From Escherichia phage 241Ecol014PP, in the sequence record OR062943.1: DNA of 64,000 bases, one strand, 5' to 3'. The position numbers and the translations under genes are program-made. Shown in pieces: positions 48,159 through 58,164 of the stretch; positions within the stretch are counted from its first letter, which is position 1, and each line of letters begins with the position of its first letter. Under the pieces are notes generated by a model. That model searched no databases, was not told the DNA's origin, and saw only the letters and a list, made by a program, of their open reading frames with translations.

Positions 48159-50226
48159 ATTTATGGCATCTGCATACAACCGTTTCGGTGAGCCAAACCC
48201 GGTTGCAACAAGATACAAAAGTGGGGGTAGTATGAAACGAGACTATCGTGATGAAAAAGAGGTTGAAACTGTAGAGACTGTTTTAGAAAATACTAAAATT
48301 GTCCCTGTCCCACAACAAAATATCGGTCTGATGGCTGCACAATATTTTGGTGTGCGATCAGCATTGTCCCAAGAAGACGGTGTGACAGTCACTGCAACAT
48401 ATTTCCCATATTACGACCGCTACGGGAATCTGTCCGGTTTCAAAAAGCGTGACTGGACTAAGCCGAAAGAGCAGAAAGGACACTGGTCTGTAGTAGGCAT
48501 CGTAAAGGCCAACTCCCAGATGTTTGGTCAAAAGTTGTGTGCATCTTCCAACAACCGTAAGCAGATTAACGTTTGTGAGGGGGAAGGCGATGTTATTGCA
48601 GCATGGCAGGCTGCATATCAGATACAGGTAAAAGGGATTCTCACCAACGCTAAAGCTCCGGCAAAGGTGAAGCAGTGGGCTAAAGAGGTCCAGGACGGGA
48701 TCGACGCAGTTATCAACGGTGGTGATCTGGCAGGAAAACCCTGCCTGCCTTTTGTTGGAATTAACTGTGGATGTGCAAACGCAGTAGATACTTTTGCAAA
48801 CAATGAGAAGTTTATCCGTAGCTATGGAACAGTTGTGCTGGCAATGGATAACGATGCAGCTAACGAGGTAGAAAAGCAAAAACACGTCATTAAAGGTGTT
48901 GAGGCAACTCACAATATCGCAGCATTTTTGATGGCTGATAACGTTTACCACGTAGAATATCCCGGTGAGGTAAACGATCCTGACGGTGTAAAAGATATCC
49001 GTGACATGCTGAAGGCTAAAAAGCTAGAAGATATTGTCAACATGTTCCGGCATCCTGTTAAATATGTACCTGATGCTGTGTCGGATTTAGAAGACTTCTC
49101 TATCGAGTCTTTGCGGAAAAAGACTTCCAACGGGGTGGATATCAGCGCAGAGTTCCCAAAACTGCAAAAAATGCTAAAAGGCTTGCACAAAGGGACACTC
49201 GTAATGCTTACAGGTCCATCGGGGGGCGGTAAAACAACTATAGCTAAAAAACTGGAACACTGTATTGCAAGATACCTAATGGACCCAACATGCCCGAAGG
49301 CTGATGACTACGAGGAGGATGATCGTCTATGCATGATCCATCTTGAGGAGGACCCAGAGGAAGCAATTAACTCCTTGTATGCAAACCAGTTGGGGTTCGA
49401 TGTTAAAGAGTTTGTTGAAGATCCTAGCCGGTTTTTAACTGATCAGGAACACGCAGAGATTCACCAATCATGGGCAAAAGCCGGAAAAATCAAAGTGTTC
49501 AAACATTTCGGGTCTATTCCGGTGGACGAGTTGATTACCAAGCTTAAGCAAATGGTTTGCCTGTACCATTGCCGTTATATTGTGCTGGATCACCTGTCCA
49601 TGGTAATTTCAGGGCTTAATGTTAAGGATGAGCGAAAAGAACTGGACATGGCTATGACCCAACTGGCTGCGTTTTGTAAGCAGTTTAATGTGTTTATCTT
49701 GGTGATCGCTCACCTCAAACGTACAGAGATTGTGCCCCCTAAGGACAAGGATGGTAACCCGTTACCTTTCTGGTATCCTGTGCGAAAAGAGAATTTGCGA
49801 GGATCGGCTGGGCTTGAGCAGTTGAGTTGGGTAGTCATAGGTGTCGAGGCCGAAGAAATGGTGGATCGTTCTCGTGGGCGTGTCCGTCTGGTAAGTCTTA
49901 AAAACCGTCCAGCAAAAACTTTAGGTATTGCTGACACTTTAGTTATGGACCCGCACACAGGTAAGTTCCATGATGCCAGTAATTGGTACTGGGACAAAGA
50001 AATGCAGATGTTTACAGACGGAGAAGGTGGGGAGGTTGTTTGGAGACCTCAGGCTATGTTTGAGGATCAGGAGCATGCAGTTGTAGAAACACCTGTTGGC
50101 AAGGTTGTGGCTGATAAGGTTGTAACTTCTACTGTTAAACCTGTTGACACGCAGGAAGACCTCCAGTACGATGATCCATCCTCTGACCCTGTCCCTGGTT
50201 TTGAGGATGATGAAACGCCTTTTTAA
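48148..50226 (+). CDS. primase-helicase (T7 gp4-like; toprim + DnaB-family helicase)
   Basis: 692 aa; RBS AAGGAG; toprim-like CEGEGD; Walker A GPSGGGKTT. Confidence 0.75.
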   Translation: MGSKFMASAYNRFGEPNPVATRYKSGGSMKRDYRDEKEVETVETVLENTKIVPVPQQNIGLMAAQYFGVRSALSQEDGVTVTATYFPYYDRYGNLSGFKKRDWTKPKEQKGHWSVVGIVKANSQMFGQKLCASSNNRKQINVCEGEGDVIAAWQAAYQIQVKGILTNAKAPAKVKQWAKEVQDGIDAVINGGDLAGKPCLPFVGINCGCANAVDTFANNEKFIRSYGTVVLAMDNDAANEVEKQKHVIKGVEATHNIAAFLMADNVYHVEYPGEVNDPDGVKDIRDMLKAKKLEDIVNMFRHPVKYVPDAVSDLEDFSIESLRKKTSNGVDISAEFPKLQKMLKGLHKGTLVMLTGPSGGGKTTIAKKLEHCIARYLMDPTCPKADDYEEDDRLCMIHLEEDPEEAINSLYANQLGFDVKEFVEDPSRFLTDQEHAEIHQSWAKAGKIKVFKHFGSIPVDELITKLKQMVCLYHCRYIVLDHLSMVISGLNVKDERKELDMAMTQLAAFCKQFNVFILVIAHLKRTEIVPPKDKDGNPLPFWYPVRKENLRGSAGLEQLSWVVIGVEAEEMVDRSRGRVRLVSLKNRPAKTLGIADTLVMDPHTGKFHDASNWYWDKEMQMFTDGEGGEVVWRPQAMFEDQEHAVVETPVGKVVADKVVTSTVKPVDTQEDLQYDDPSSDPVPGFEDDETPF

Positions 50227-50284
50227 TGTTTAACCAAGAGTGGGAGGGGTAGTACAACCGCCTCCCCTTTAAGGAGAACACTTT

Positions 50285-53200
50285 ATGAGCATGTATAGCT
50301 TCGATTTTGAGGCCTCCGGGCTTTTGGAAGACCCAGATCTTTATTACCACTGCGGCCTGTTTAAAGAGCTGAATAAGAACCGTTTTATGCTGTTCCTCCC
50401 TCTAAATGACCGCACACACTACTCCGAGGAGGATATAGAGAAGGCTAAGAACTTCATTCTGGCAAAGAAAACTCTTTATAAAGATTTTGAAGTTCGCATA
50501 GCAGATTTTTCGGAGTTGGAAGGTTGGCTTACAGGCAATTCCGACTGGTCACCAACAGCTTTGAACTGCCATAACTGCTACAGTTATGACTTTATGCTGA
50601 TGGAGAAATTATCCGGTATTCATTTTGATATGTTCCGTGATCCTAAATGCATGGGTACTATCAACGATCACCAGGTTAACCTGTTCGATACGTTGGCGAT
50701 GAGCCGAATCTTGTGGCCTGATCGCCCTTTACCAAAAGGTTGTCCGGACTCTGTATTCAACCCGGTTACTAAGAAAATGCAGCCTGTTGGTGCCCACGGC
50801 CTTATGGCATGGGGCTACGCCCTTGGTAACCAGAAAGTTCAAATTGATGACTGGCGTGATCTTCCGTTGTGGAAGTATGTGGATCGTGTATTCGAGGACG
50901 TTATCATCCAGGAGCTGCTCTGGAAAGAGCTGGTAGCGGAATCAAAAGGTGTATTCTACGGCAAATCTGACATGCAGAACTTTATGTACGATCCTGCCAA
51001 AGAGAAGCCGAAAGGGTTCAAGAAGATCACCTGGAAGAACGCATTACGCCGGGGTATGCTGCAGCACTTCCTGATGGAGCTGCAGGCCCGTCAGGGTGTA
51101 TACTTCGACATAGATGGAGCTATTGCTTTACGTGACCGTTGCGATGCGTGGATGAAAGAGATCGCTGATCGTGTTGAACCTCAACTTCCTTTAAAAGAGT
51201 TGTCAATGTCTCAGCGGCCCAAGTTCCCTGAAAAGCCGTTTAACCAAGATGGGACAATCTCCAATAATGGTTGGAAATGGTTAAAAGATAAGCTTGGCTA
51301 TCCTGTGGACATGAGTGCTTTAGAGTTCAAAGCCCCGCCTAAGCGAGCATTTACCTCCACAGGAGATGTCAGCAAGATGGGGATAAAATGGTGTGAAGAG
51401 ATGGGCTGCAAAGACCCCGATAAGATGGCTGATTTCTTGAGAGGCTATATTAAGGGCACTTCCACACCACACCCTTTACCTAAAGAGCTGATGGATCAGG
51501 CGATAAGTGATCTACAGCAGAAGCGAATGCCGGACTGCAAGATACCTATGAAAATCAGCAATCAGGACGACATTAAGCGATACCTGATCAGTGCTGGTTG
51601 GCTTCCGACAATGTGGAGAACTAAGGATGTAACTAAAGACAGCAAGAAGAAAGCTCTACCTGATGCAGATGTTGATGCACGAGTATATGCATATATGGAC
51701 GAGCTTTTAGAGTCAGAGTATTGTGATCTGATTATCAACTTCTGGAACAAAACTGATGCTAAGTTCCAGACAACCGTGCACAAGTTCCGAAGCTTTCCTA
51801 ACTCCGAAAGGATTAAAAAGGAAGTGTTCGGGAAAATACGTAGAAAAGCCAGAGCACTTATTACTTCTCCGCAGCTGAAAGATACGTTTGGACACCTATG
51901 CCCAAATCTTGAAAAATTGAACGGAGAGATGGCTAAAGATATCGTCTTGTGGTTATCATTGCGAAACCGCAGATCGGTCCTTGATCCAATCAAGGAGGAT
52001 AAGGTTGATACTGGTCTTCTTAATCACCCACGTTTGAAGATTGACCATAAGCTTCCTGCTAAAAGTTCTGGGTTAACAAACACTTCCCGACAGAAACACA
52101 GTATTTGTGCAAACATGCCTAAACCATCTCCTAAAGTGGTTATGGGTAAAGAGATGCGTAGTCTGTGGGGTGTTCCTCCAGGATACTTTGAGATCGGTAT
52201 TGACGGGTCCAACTTAGAGCAGCTTATCGGGGCTTGGGGTGCCTTTGAGTTCGACAACGGCCTGTATTATGATGTTGTAAGTAACGGCGATGCACACTGT
52301 TATTCAGGAGATACACAAATTCTCACGGAGAAAGGGTGGGTGAGGTTTGAAGATCTTGATCCGGGAACACAAGTGTTCCAGTACGATCACAACACCTCGT
52401 CGATGAACCTTGTTACTCCATTAAATTACGTTAAGCGTAGTTATTGTGGGGATATGTATCATTTCCACAACAGCAGTGTGGATTTTATGGTTACAGATCA
52501 ACACAGGATGCTGACCGTGGATCACAGAAGCAATAAATTGTTTGAAGATTTGGCAAAAGACCTGAAAGCAGGTAAAGGGTCTAATTCAGGAAGAAGGTTT
52601 ATCCATGCGGCAGAGTTTTATGGGAATACAACCTTATCTCCTGCCCAGATTAATTTGCTTATTGCTATTCACGATGATGGGCACTTGCATACAAATAAGG
52701 ACGGCAGCATCGTGTGCAGGATTCAGGTCGGGAAGGGCAGAAAAGTTGCAACGCTTTTAGATACTTTTTCTGCTCTAAGCCTTAGTTATGTAGAGCAGAG
52801 CGGGAAAACCACAAAAGGGGGCTTACTGGCGAGAAGGTTCCAATTCCACGTTCCGTCCTGGGTATTTGAGTTTTTGGACAGCAATAAGGATTTCACCTAC
52901 AACCTGATGGACCTTGATAAAGAATCTAAAAACCTGTTTATAGCTTCTTTATCTAACTGGGACGGATGGGTATCTTCCGAAGGTGGAAAAGTTGCCTACT
53001 ACTCTCAGTCCGAGTGCAGGAAGAAATCTGTAGAGGTTGTGTCTGCGCTGGCTACTCAGTGTGGTTTACGGAATAATACGGTGGCGATTCACAAAAAAGG
53101 TCGTTCCGTACAGCACAGAATCACGATTGGTAGCAAACAGAGAGCAGGGTTGCTGACACTATCTAAAGAGTCTGTCGAGGTGAGTGGTTCTTTGGTTTAT

Positions 53201-53677
53201 TGCGTTACCGTCCCTTCTGGAGCAATCATTGTGAGAAGGAATGGTAAAGTGGCAGTGTGCGGTAACTGTAATAACGCCAAAGCTTACTCTTCTGTAGCAG
53301 GCAAGGAGATTTCCCGTAACGATGGTAAGCCTGTCACGTATGGGGTTATGTACGGGGCACAAAAAGATAAAGTTGCAGATATGCTGGATATCTCCCCAGA
53401 GTTGGGGCAAAGGGTGATCGATGCACTTTGGGATGCCAACCCCGGTCTTAAGGGGCGCAAAGAGGATCTGGAGAAATTCTGGGAAGCAACAGGTAAGAAG
53501 TTTATCTACTCTTTTGATGGTCATGCTATCTGGACTCGATCTAAACACTCTTTACTTAATGCATACCAACAAAATGGTGGTGCATCGCTGTGTGACTTAG
53601 TTGGGATACTCATGCACCACCAAATGGTGAAGCGTGGGTGGTACGATGAAGGTGTTCGTCGTATTATTTATTACCAT
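50285..53677 (+). CDS. family A (T7-like) DNA polymerase, exon 1 (contains an in-frame intein)
   Basis: RBS AAGGAGAA; exo motif FDFEASG; motif A region IGIDGSNLEQL; after intein motif B KPVTYGVMYGA; ORF stops at 53683 before motif C, implying an intron. Confidence 0.8.
52298..53266 (+). mobile_element. intein (about 323 aa) with LAGLIDADG-type homing endonuclease domain, inserted between polymerase motifs A and B
   Basis: Begins CYSGDTQIL (block A) with MVTDQHRMLTVDH (block B, TxxH); ends ...VAVCGN followed by +1 Cys (CNNAKAY); internal LLIAIHDDGH and LFIASLSNWDGW motifs; host junction NGDAH/CNNAK parallels T7 NGDIHTKNQ. Confidence 0.7.
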
Positions 53678-53953
53678 AAATAACATTGTGGCTTCATAGA
53701 GTAATCTATGTCGAATAACCTCTTTAACTGCGGGAAGCCTAAACCTTATGGCAAGGTAATCCGCAACGAAGCGCTCAAAAGAGCGAACGCTCAGAGGCCA
53801 TTCCGAAAGGAAGTAGACCAGCAAGTGCGGTCGAAATGGGAGGATTCCTGTGGTTGCTTATCATAGGAATATGAGATGGTCCGATCCTACGTGAAAACGT
53901 ATGGCTATGCACGTAATGGTGCGGGGTAGCTTAACGACCTACCTGAACTATTG
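53678..53953 (+). mobile_element. ORF-less group I intron (276 nt) splitting the DNA polymerase gene just before motif C
   Basis: Exon 1 ends ...YYH (last nt U at 53677), exon 2 begins DEYQIQV at 53954 giving HDE motif C; intron last nt G at 53953; intron GUGG (53688-53691) can pair with exon CCAU (P1 with U.G); in-frame stops inside. Confidence 0.6.
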
Positions 53954-54307
53954 GATGAGTACCAAATTCAAGTCCCTGACACGCCTAAGTATAAGACTGT
54001 GTACACCTTCGACACAATTGAAGAACTGGAAGCATTTAAGGCAGAGCAGGAGGCCAAACTTCATGTGTTTGACGGTCATAAGTACAAAAAGGCACGCAAG
54101 GATGAGAACGGAAACGAAGTGGTTGACAGAGACGGAAACACGGTGTACGATCCTATCCTGAACGATGACGGAAAGCTTGAACTTATCTGGAGCCCTGTGG
54201 GTGAAATGGTGGTGCATTGCTTCTGGCAAGCTTCTAAAATGATGGGCGTCCCGTTCCAGATCACAGGTGAATACTTGTGTGGGGCTAATTGGGGTAGTTG
54301 CCATTGA
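53954..54307 (+). CDS. DNA polymerase exon 2 (motif C to C-terminal His)
   Basis: DEYQIQV...GEYLCGANWGSCH parallels T7 polymerase C-terminus HDEIQV...WAICH from memory. Confidence 0.7.
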   Translation, partial: DEYQIQVPDTPKYKTVYTFDTIEELEAFKAEQEAKLHVFDGHKYKKARKDENGNEVVDRDGNTVYDPILNDDGKLELIWSPVGEMVVHCFWQASKMMGVPFQITGEYLCGANWGSCH

Positions 54308-54327
54308 TCTGATAAGAGATATTTGCT

Positions 54328-54975
54328 ATGGAAGAATGGAGAAAACTGGTTGGCAGGGAGGCCAACTATGAAGTTAGCAGTAAAGGAAGGATTAAAAGGC
54401 TGTCTTACCTGAGGAAGTACAGTAACCAAACAGGTAAAGTTACTTTCAAAGCTGTCCCTGACAGGATTTTAAAAGGTAGCGTAGACAGTAGCGGTTACAT
54501 TCAAGTAAATGTAGATGGAAGATCGGAATTGCTTCACAGGTTAATTGCCGAGACCTTTCTAGAGCCTCCTTCAAAAGAGCTTGTAGAGGAATGTAAGGCA
54601 GCAGGGCTGGACTATGTGCCGATCAATCATAAAGACCATAACCGCCTAAACAATGCTGCTGACAACCTTGAATGGGCCTCGCCTTCAAAAAATGCACAAG
54701 ATGTGGACTACGACTACCATAAAACAAGAGGGGAAAGTTCATACTGTGCAAAACTTAAAGAGCGAGATGTTGACGAAATATTAAAGCTTTCCAAAACAGG
54801 TATGTCACAGCAAGCTATAGCAGATCTTTTCGGTGTTAATCAGATAACCATTTCCAATATCTTGACAGGTAGGAGTTGGGCATGGTACACTGGGATACCT
54901 AAAACCGCAAGGTGTAAAAACAAAAGGGGGAGATCCCCGAAAAGCATGTCTGAGCAAAATTTCTCTGTAAGCTGA
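54328..54975 (+). CDS. free-standing HNH homing endonuclease (NUMOD4-like N-terminus + HNH + C-terminal HTH)
   Basis: 215 aa; EEWRKLVGREANYEVSSKGRIKR; INHKDHNRLNNAADNLEWASPSKN; C-terminal MSQQAIADLFGVNQITISNIL. Confidence 0.75.
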   Translation: MEEWRKLVGREANYEVSSKGRIKRLSYLRKYSNQTGKVTFKAVPDRILKGSVDSSGYIQVNVDGRSELLHRLIAETFLEPPSKELVEECKAAGLDYVPINHKDHNRLNNAADNLEWASPSKNAQDVDYDYHKTRGESSYCAKLKERDVDEILKLSKTGMSQQAIADLFGVNQITISNILTGRSWAWYTGIPKTARCKNKRGRSPKSMSEQNFSVS

Positions 54976-55034
54976 TTGTCACTAATGTAAACTATCAACA
55001 CATGGAAGTGTTGTTGAGCAAAGAGGAGACTTTT

Positions 55035-55319
55035 ATGGTAGTAGAACCAACAAAAACATTTACATCTATGACTATCCCTGTTATTATGCAGGTGGAGTGT
55101 GTTCAGGTATCTCAAGTGTGGCCTGGCACCAAAATCCCAACAGGGCCTGATTTCTTTCAGGTTGGCAAAGTGTACAATGTCTGGAAGGCACCAGATTGTT
55201 ACCCTTTCATTAAAGATGACCGTGGGATGCTGTGGTATCTTGGAAATGATTTGACACTGCACCTTGGGAATGCTATTATTGCAGTATTCAGACTTAACAA
55301 GAAGGAGACCGATCAATGA
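55035..55319 (+). CDS. small protein, paralog-family member
   Basis: ATG 55035 with RBS AGAGGAG (track start 55002 less likely); FQVGKVYNVWKAPDCYPFIKDDRGMLWY. Confidence 0.4.
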   Translation: MVVEPTKTFTSMTIPVIMQVECVQVSQVWPGTKIPTGPDFFQVGKVYNVWKAPDCYPFIKDDRGMLWYLGNDLTLHLGNAIIAVFRLNKKETDQ

Positions 55320-55543
55320 CAACTTTGGTTAAAGCTACTTTTGTAGAAGAAAAGATGACAGACCTGTCCTTCTTTAAAGAAGGAAAGACCTACGAGGTTT
55401 ATTACGATAAAGATCGTGCAAACAAGATGATTAAAGACGAGGAAGGGATTGCCTGGTTTATCTCCCATCTGGCAAACGGTGAGTATCATATCTACGGAAC
55501 CACCCTGCTTGCCAAGTTTGTAGCTGTCGAAGAGGACCTATGA
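55316..55543 (+). CDS. small protein, paralog-family member
   Basis: 75 aa; FKEGKTYEVYYDKD...DEEGIAWF. Confidence 0.4.
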   Translation: MTTLVKATFVEEKMTDLSFFKEGKTYEVYYDKDRANKMIKDEEGIAWFISHLANGEYHIYGTTLLAKFVAVEEDL

Positions 55544-55734
55544 AAGTAAAGTATCTGGCTGAGGGCATGAGCAGGTATTTTACCCTTGGTGAAGAATATT
55601 GGCCCTTTACAAACAACGGTGATGTCTACGTGAAAGATAATTTCGGCACGCCGTGGTTTCTGCACTCTAATGGGCTGGGATACTCCATTTACTGCGGTGC
55701 AGTGAACAACACAACTCTTGCAGAGTTCGTTTAG
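55540..55734 (+). CDS. small protein, paralog-family member
   Basis: 64 aa; FTLGEEYWPFTNNGDVYVKDNFGTPWF. Confidence 0.4.
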   Translation: MKVKYLAEGMSRYFTLGEEYWPFTNNGDVYVKDNFGTPWFLHSNGLGYSIYCGAVNNTTLAEFV

Positions 55735-55744
55735 AGGAGGTAGG

Positions 55745-56116
55745 ATGTTAGTAAAAGGTACCCACACAGTCAAACAACGTATTGAAGTTGAGATTGATGA
55801 TTGTGAGCTGAAGCATATTTTACGGTCATGCTCCAACGTTTTGCTCCTTAGTATTCTTCAGGAGCGAGCGGAGAACGAGTTCTTAAATGCACTGGCAGGC
55901 CGTCCTGGTGACTTCTGTGTGCGTAAGCGTGGTGACAACAAGTCATGGCTGTGGGAAATCGATGCCGACTGGGATTACCACAAAAATGAGGGTATAGATG
56001 AGCCTATTCGTGAACTGACGGACAAAGAGGTTCAGATGTACAATGAAGTTTGTCAGTGGGCAAAAAGTCAACAAACTTATCTTGATCCTTGGTGGATGAT
56101 CGAAAATAGTCGTTGA
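55745..56116 (+). CDS. hypothetical protein
   Basis: ATG 55745 with RBS AGAGGAGG (track start 55718). Confidence 0.45.
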   Translation: MLVKGTHTVKQRIEVEIDDCELKHILRSCSNVLLLSILQERAENEFLNALAGRPGDFCVRKRGDNKSWLWEIDADWDYHKNEGIDEPIRELTDKEVQMYNEVCQWAKSQQTYLDPWWMIENSR

Positions 56117-56141
56117 CAGGAAGTAAGATTAGATATAAGAT
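56113..56141 (+). promoter_or_regulatory. sigma70-like promoter TTGACA-N17-TAAGAT
   Basis: TTGACA 56113-56118; -10 candidates TAAGAT 56136-56141 or TATAAG 56134-56139. Confidence 0.5.
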
Positions 56142-56192
56142 GCTTCACACAAACAGAGCGTTGATTGTTTAACACTTAAGGAGACCGCTAAG

Positions 56193-56447
56193 ATGAAAAT
56201 CATGTTGAAACCAGAGTGCGTTGCAAATGACCGAGCTTTTAAAGATTGCACGCTTGGTGCTATTTATGAAGCCGAGTTTTGTGATAACCCTCTGGTAAAA
56301 GCTCTCCTGGAAGAGGGTGCCCCTTTATCTCAAGAAGAGATTGATGAACTGGAAAACTCAGCCCAGTGCCTTACCTTTAAAGATGATGAAGGAGATTCTG
56401 TCTGGTGCACCGTTAACGAAGTGGTTTTTGTAAAACCTGAACATTAA
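56193..56447 (+). CDS. small acidic protein, paralog of 56511-56771
   Basis: 84 aa; KPECVANDRAFKDCT...DDEGDSVWCT. Confidence 0.45.
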   Translation: MKIMLKPECVANDRAFKDCTLGAIYEAEFCDNPLVKALLEEGAPLSQEEIDELENSAQCLTFKDDEGDSVWCTVNEVVFVKPEH

Positions 56448-56450
56448 TAC

Positions 56451-56479
56451 TTGACAAGAAAGATGGGACCTATTATAAT
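56451..56479 (+). promoter_or_regulatory. perfect-consensus sigma70 promoter TTGACA-N17-TATAAT
   Basis: TTGACA 56451-56456, spacer 17 nt, TATAAT 56474-56479. Confidence 0.7.
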
Positions 56480-56510
56480 GGCCCTATCAAAACGAAAGGG
56501 GACCACAGTA

Positions 56511-56771
56511 ATGACCAAACAATATCAACGAATTAAAGCCAAGGTTAAGCCAGACTATCTGGAGAAGGACTCTGCTTTTCGGGACTGCACAGCCGACAAA
56601 GTTTACACAGGAGCTGTCCTGTTGAACGATAAACTTGAAGTAGATGTGCTGGGTAAAGAGGCCGTTATCGAGGATGACAACGGTGACTGTGTTTTCTGCA
56701 CCACACGGGAGCTGGAAGTCTTAGAATACTTCGGTGAAATCTTCAACTCCTTAGACGACGAGGAAGCGTGA
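56511..56771 (+). CDS. small acidic protein, paralog of 56193-56447
   Basis: Start moved to ATG 56511 because track start 56451 coincides with promoter; KPDYLEKDSAFRDCT...EDDNGDCVFCT. Confidence 0.45.
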   Translation: MTKQYQRIKAKVKPDYLEKDSAFRDCTADKVYTGAVLLNDKLEVDVLGKEAVIEDDNGDCVFCTTRELEVLEYFGEIFNSLDDEEA

Positions 56772-57160
56772 TGAAAAATATTTGGGATATTGATATCTTT
56801 GAAGCCTCTAAGCTTGACGGTGCTGATGGAGTTATTATGGTGTCTGATGGCAAGGCAACACTAACTTCTGGAGATATCATCTATGCCTTGGACGAGCTGG
56901 CGCTTCTGAAATCTACCGGTAACACTTTAGAGGAGCGTCTTCAAGGCTTCGCCTTCAAAGAAGGCACAAATACCGCCATGATGTGCACCACACGGACAGT
57001 TCAGGTTGGTAACGGTGTCTATATGATCATTGCTGTGTGTCCTAAATTCAGCAACGTCAATAAAGATGATGCTGACGCTGTCAACGATGGGGTTGTTCTC
57101 TTCGTGGGTGACGCTATGGCAGATCTGATGAATGCAGGAGAAGCAGCAAATGAAGACTGA
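56768..57160 (+). CDS. hypothetical protein
   Basis: 130 aa; ATGA overlap. Confidence 0.45.
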   Translation: MMKNIWDIDIFEASKLDGADGVIMVSDGKATLTSGDIIYALDELALLKSTGNTLEERLQGFAFKEGTNTAMMCTTRTVQVGNGVYMIIAVCPKFSNVNKDDADAVNDGVVLFVGDAMADLMNAGEAANED

Positions 57161-57452
57161 AAACATCACCCCAGCAGGGTTTTTAAAAGTATACCGTGAA
57201 CTGCTATATACTACAGAGGACAGTGTTCTAGAGTATCCAGAATATCTTTTGCTGTATAAGTATCTGCAGGAGGCTGGTGAAAATCTGCCAGTTAGTGCAG
57301 AAGGTGGTCCGAACTGGATATACAGCGCATGGAGAAAGGTTGACATTCTCCCAGATCCAGGTAAAGATATGGTAGTTTGGCAGCTTATCAACAACATCGG
57401 GATTCCAATCTTTGATGAAGCTGTTAAAATCTATTTTGAACTTGACGATTAA
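57132..57452 (+). CDS. hypothetical protein
   Basis: 106 aa. Confidence 0.4.
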   Translation: MQEKQQMKTENITPAGFLKVYRELLYTTEDSVLEYPEYLLLYKYLQEAGENLPVSAEGGPNWIYSAWRKVDILPDPGKDMVVWQLINNIGIPIFDEAVKIYFELDD

Positions 57453-57469
57453 TATCAGGAGACCTTAAG

Positions 57470-57715
57470 ATGACTGAAGTAGTTGCTCGCGCAGGACAGA
57501 AAGTACGTTGTGTTGAAGTAGGTTTTGGTGGCAAAGGGTGTCAAAACTTGACTCAAGGTAAGGAATACGCTGTTATTTCTGGTGGTGGCGACGAAAGTAT
57601 TGTGTTCGAGGGCCACATCCTGGATGCTGAAAACTTTGAAATCTTTGACGACGATGGGGATCCGATCACCTGCCTGCTGGACGGGAATTGGGGAACTTTC
57701 GAAGTGATTGGCTAA
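57470..57715 (+). CDS. small protein, paralog-family member
   Basis: 81 aa; RBS AGGAGA; LTQGKEYAVISGGGDESIVFEGH...DDDGD. Confidence 0.4.
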   Translation: MTEVVARAGQKVRCVEVGFGGKGCQNLTQGKEYAVISGGGDESIVFEGHILDAENFEIFDDDGDPITCLLDGNWGTFEVIG

Positions 57716-57725
57716 CAAATACCTA

Positions 57726-57754
57726 TTGTAATTTACAGAAGGGGATGCTAAAAT
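57726..57754 (+). promoter_or_regulatory. promoter-like TTGTAA-N17-TAAAAT
   Basis: Upstream of ORF 57799. Confidence 0.4.
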
Positions 57755-57798
57755 AGTGTCTCCTTCTATGTTGTTCAAATAAAATCGGAGATTCCATA

Positions 57799-58164
57799 AT
57801 GGAACAAATGAACGATCAAGCGTCGGTTGCGATGAACGAGCAAGAACAACCTCAAGAATTTTTCTTAGGGTTAAGTAAAGATCAAGTGTCTCTTTTGCTA
57901 GTGCTTTCTTCTTTCATGGGAAGACTTCAGGAGCTCACACAACAGCCGGAGGCTGAACAATTATTTCAGGCTCTGCGTGAAGAAGAAAAATATCGTCGTT
58001 TGGACTATGCCTTAGGTTGGGTAGCTCAACAACGAGATATGCTGATGGCCCTCTCTGGGACCACAAGTTTTGCAATGGGCCTGTTGGCTCAAGTTCAGGA
58101 CAAATTAATTCAAGCAGGGTTTGCACACACGGCAAACACTAACGAAGAACAAGGAGACAAATAA
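57799..58164 (+). CDS. hypothetical helical protein
   Basis: 121 aa; RBS GGAG. Confidence 0.45.
   Translation: MEQMNDQASVAMNEQEQPQEFFLGLSKDQVSLLLVLSSFMGRLQELTQQPEAEQLFQALREEEKYRRLDYALGWVAQQRDMLMALSGTTSFAMGLLAQVQDKLIQAGFAHTANTNEEQGDK

Noticed and set aside
53684-53950. Long non-coding gap after polymerase ORF considered as ncRNA or tRNA locus
   Set aside because: Better explained as a group I intron because flanking exons reconstitute the polymerase; no tRNA cloverleaf recognised by eye.
53901-54304. ORFs 53901-54161 (+) and 53948-54304 (-) overlapping polymerase exon 2
   Set aside because: The third frame (53954-54307) restores polymerase motif C and the conserved C-terminal His; the others are frame artefacts.
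56451-56510. ATG start at 56451 for ORF 56451-56771
   Set aside because: Coincides with the -35 box of a perfect consensus promoter; the internal ATG at 56511 is downstream of the predicted transcription start.
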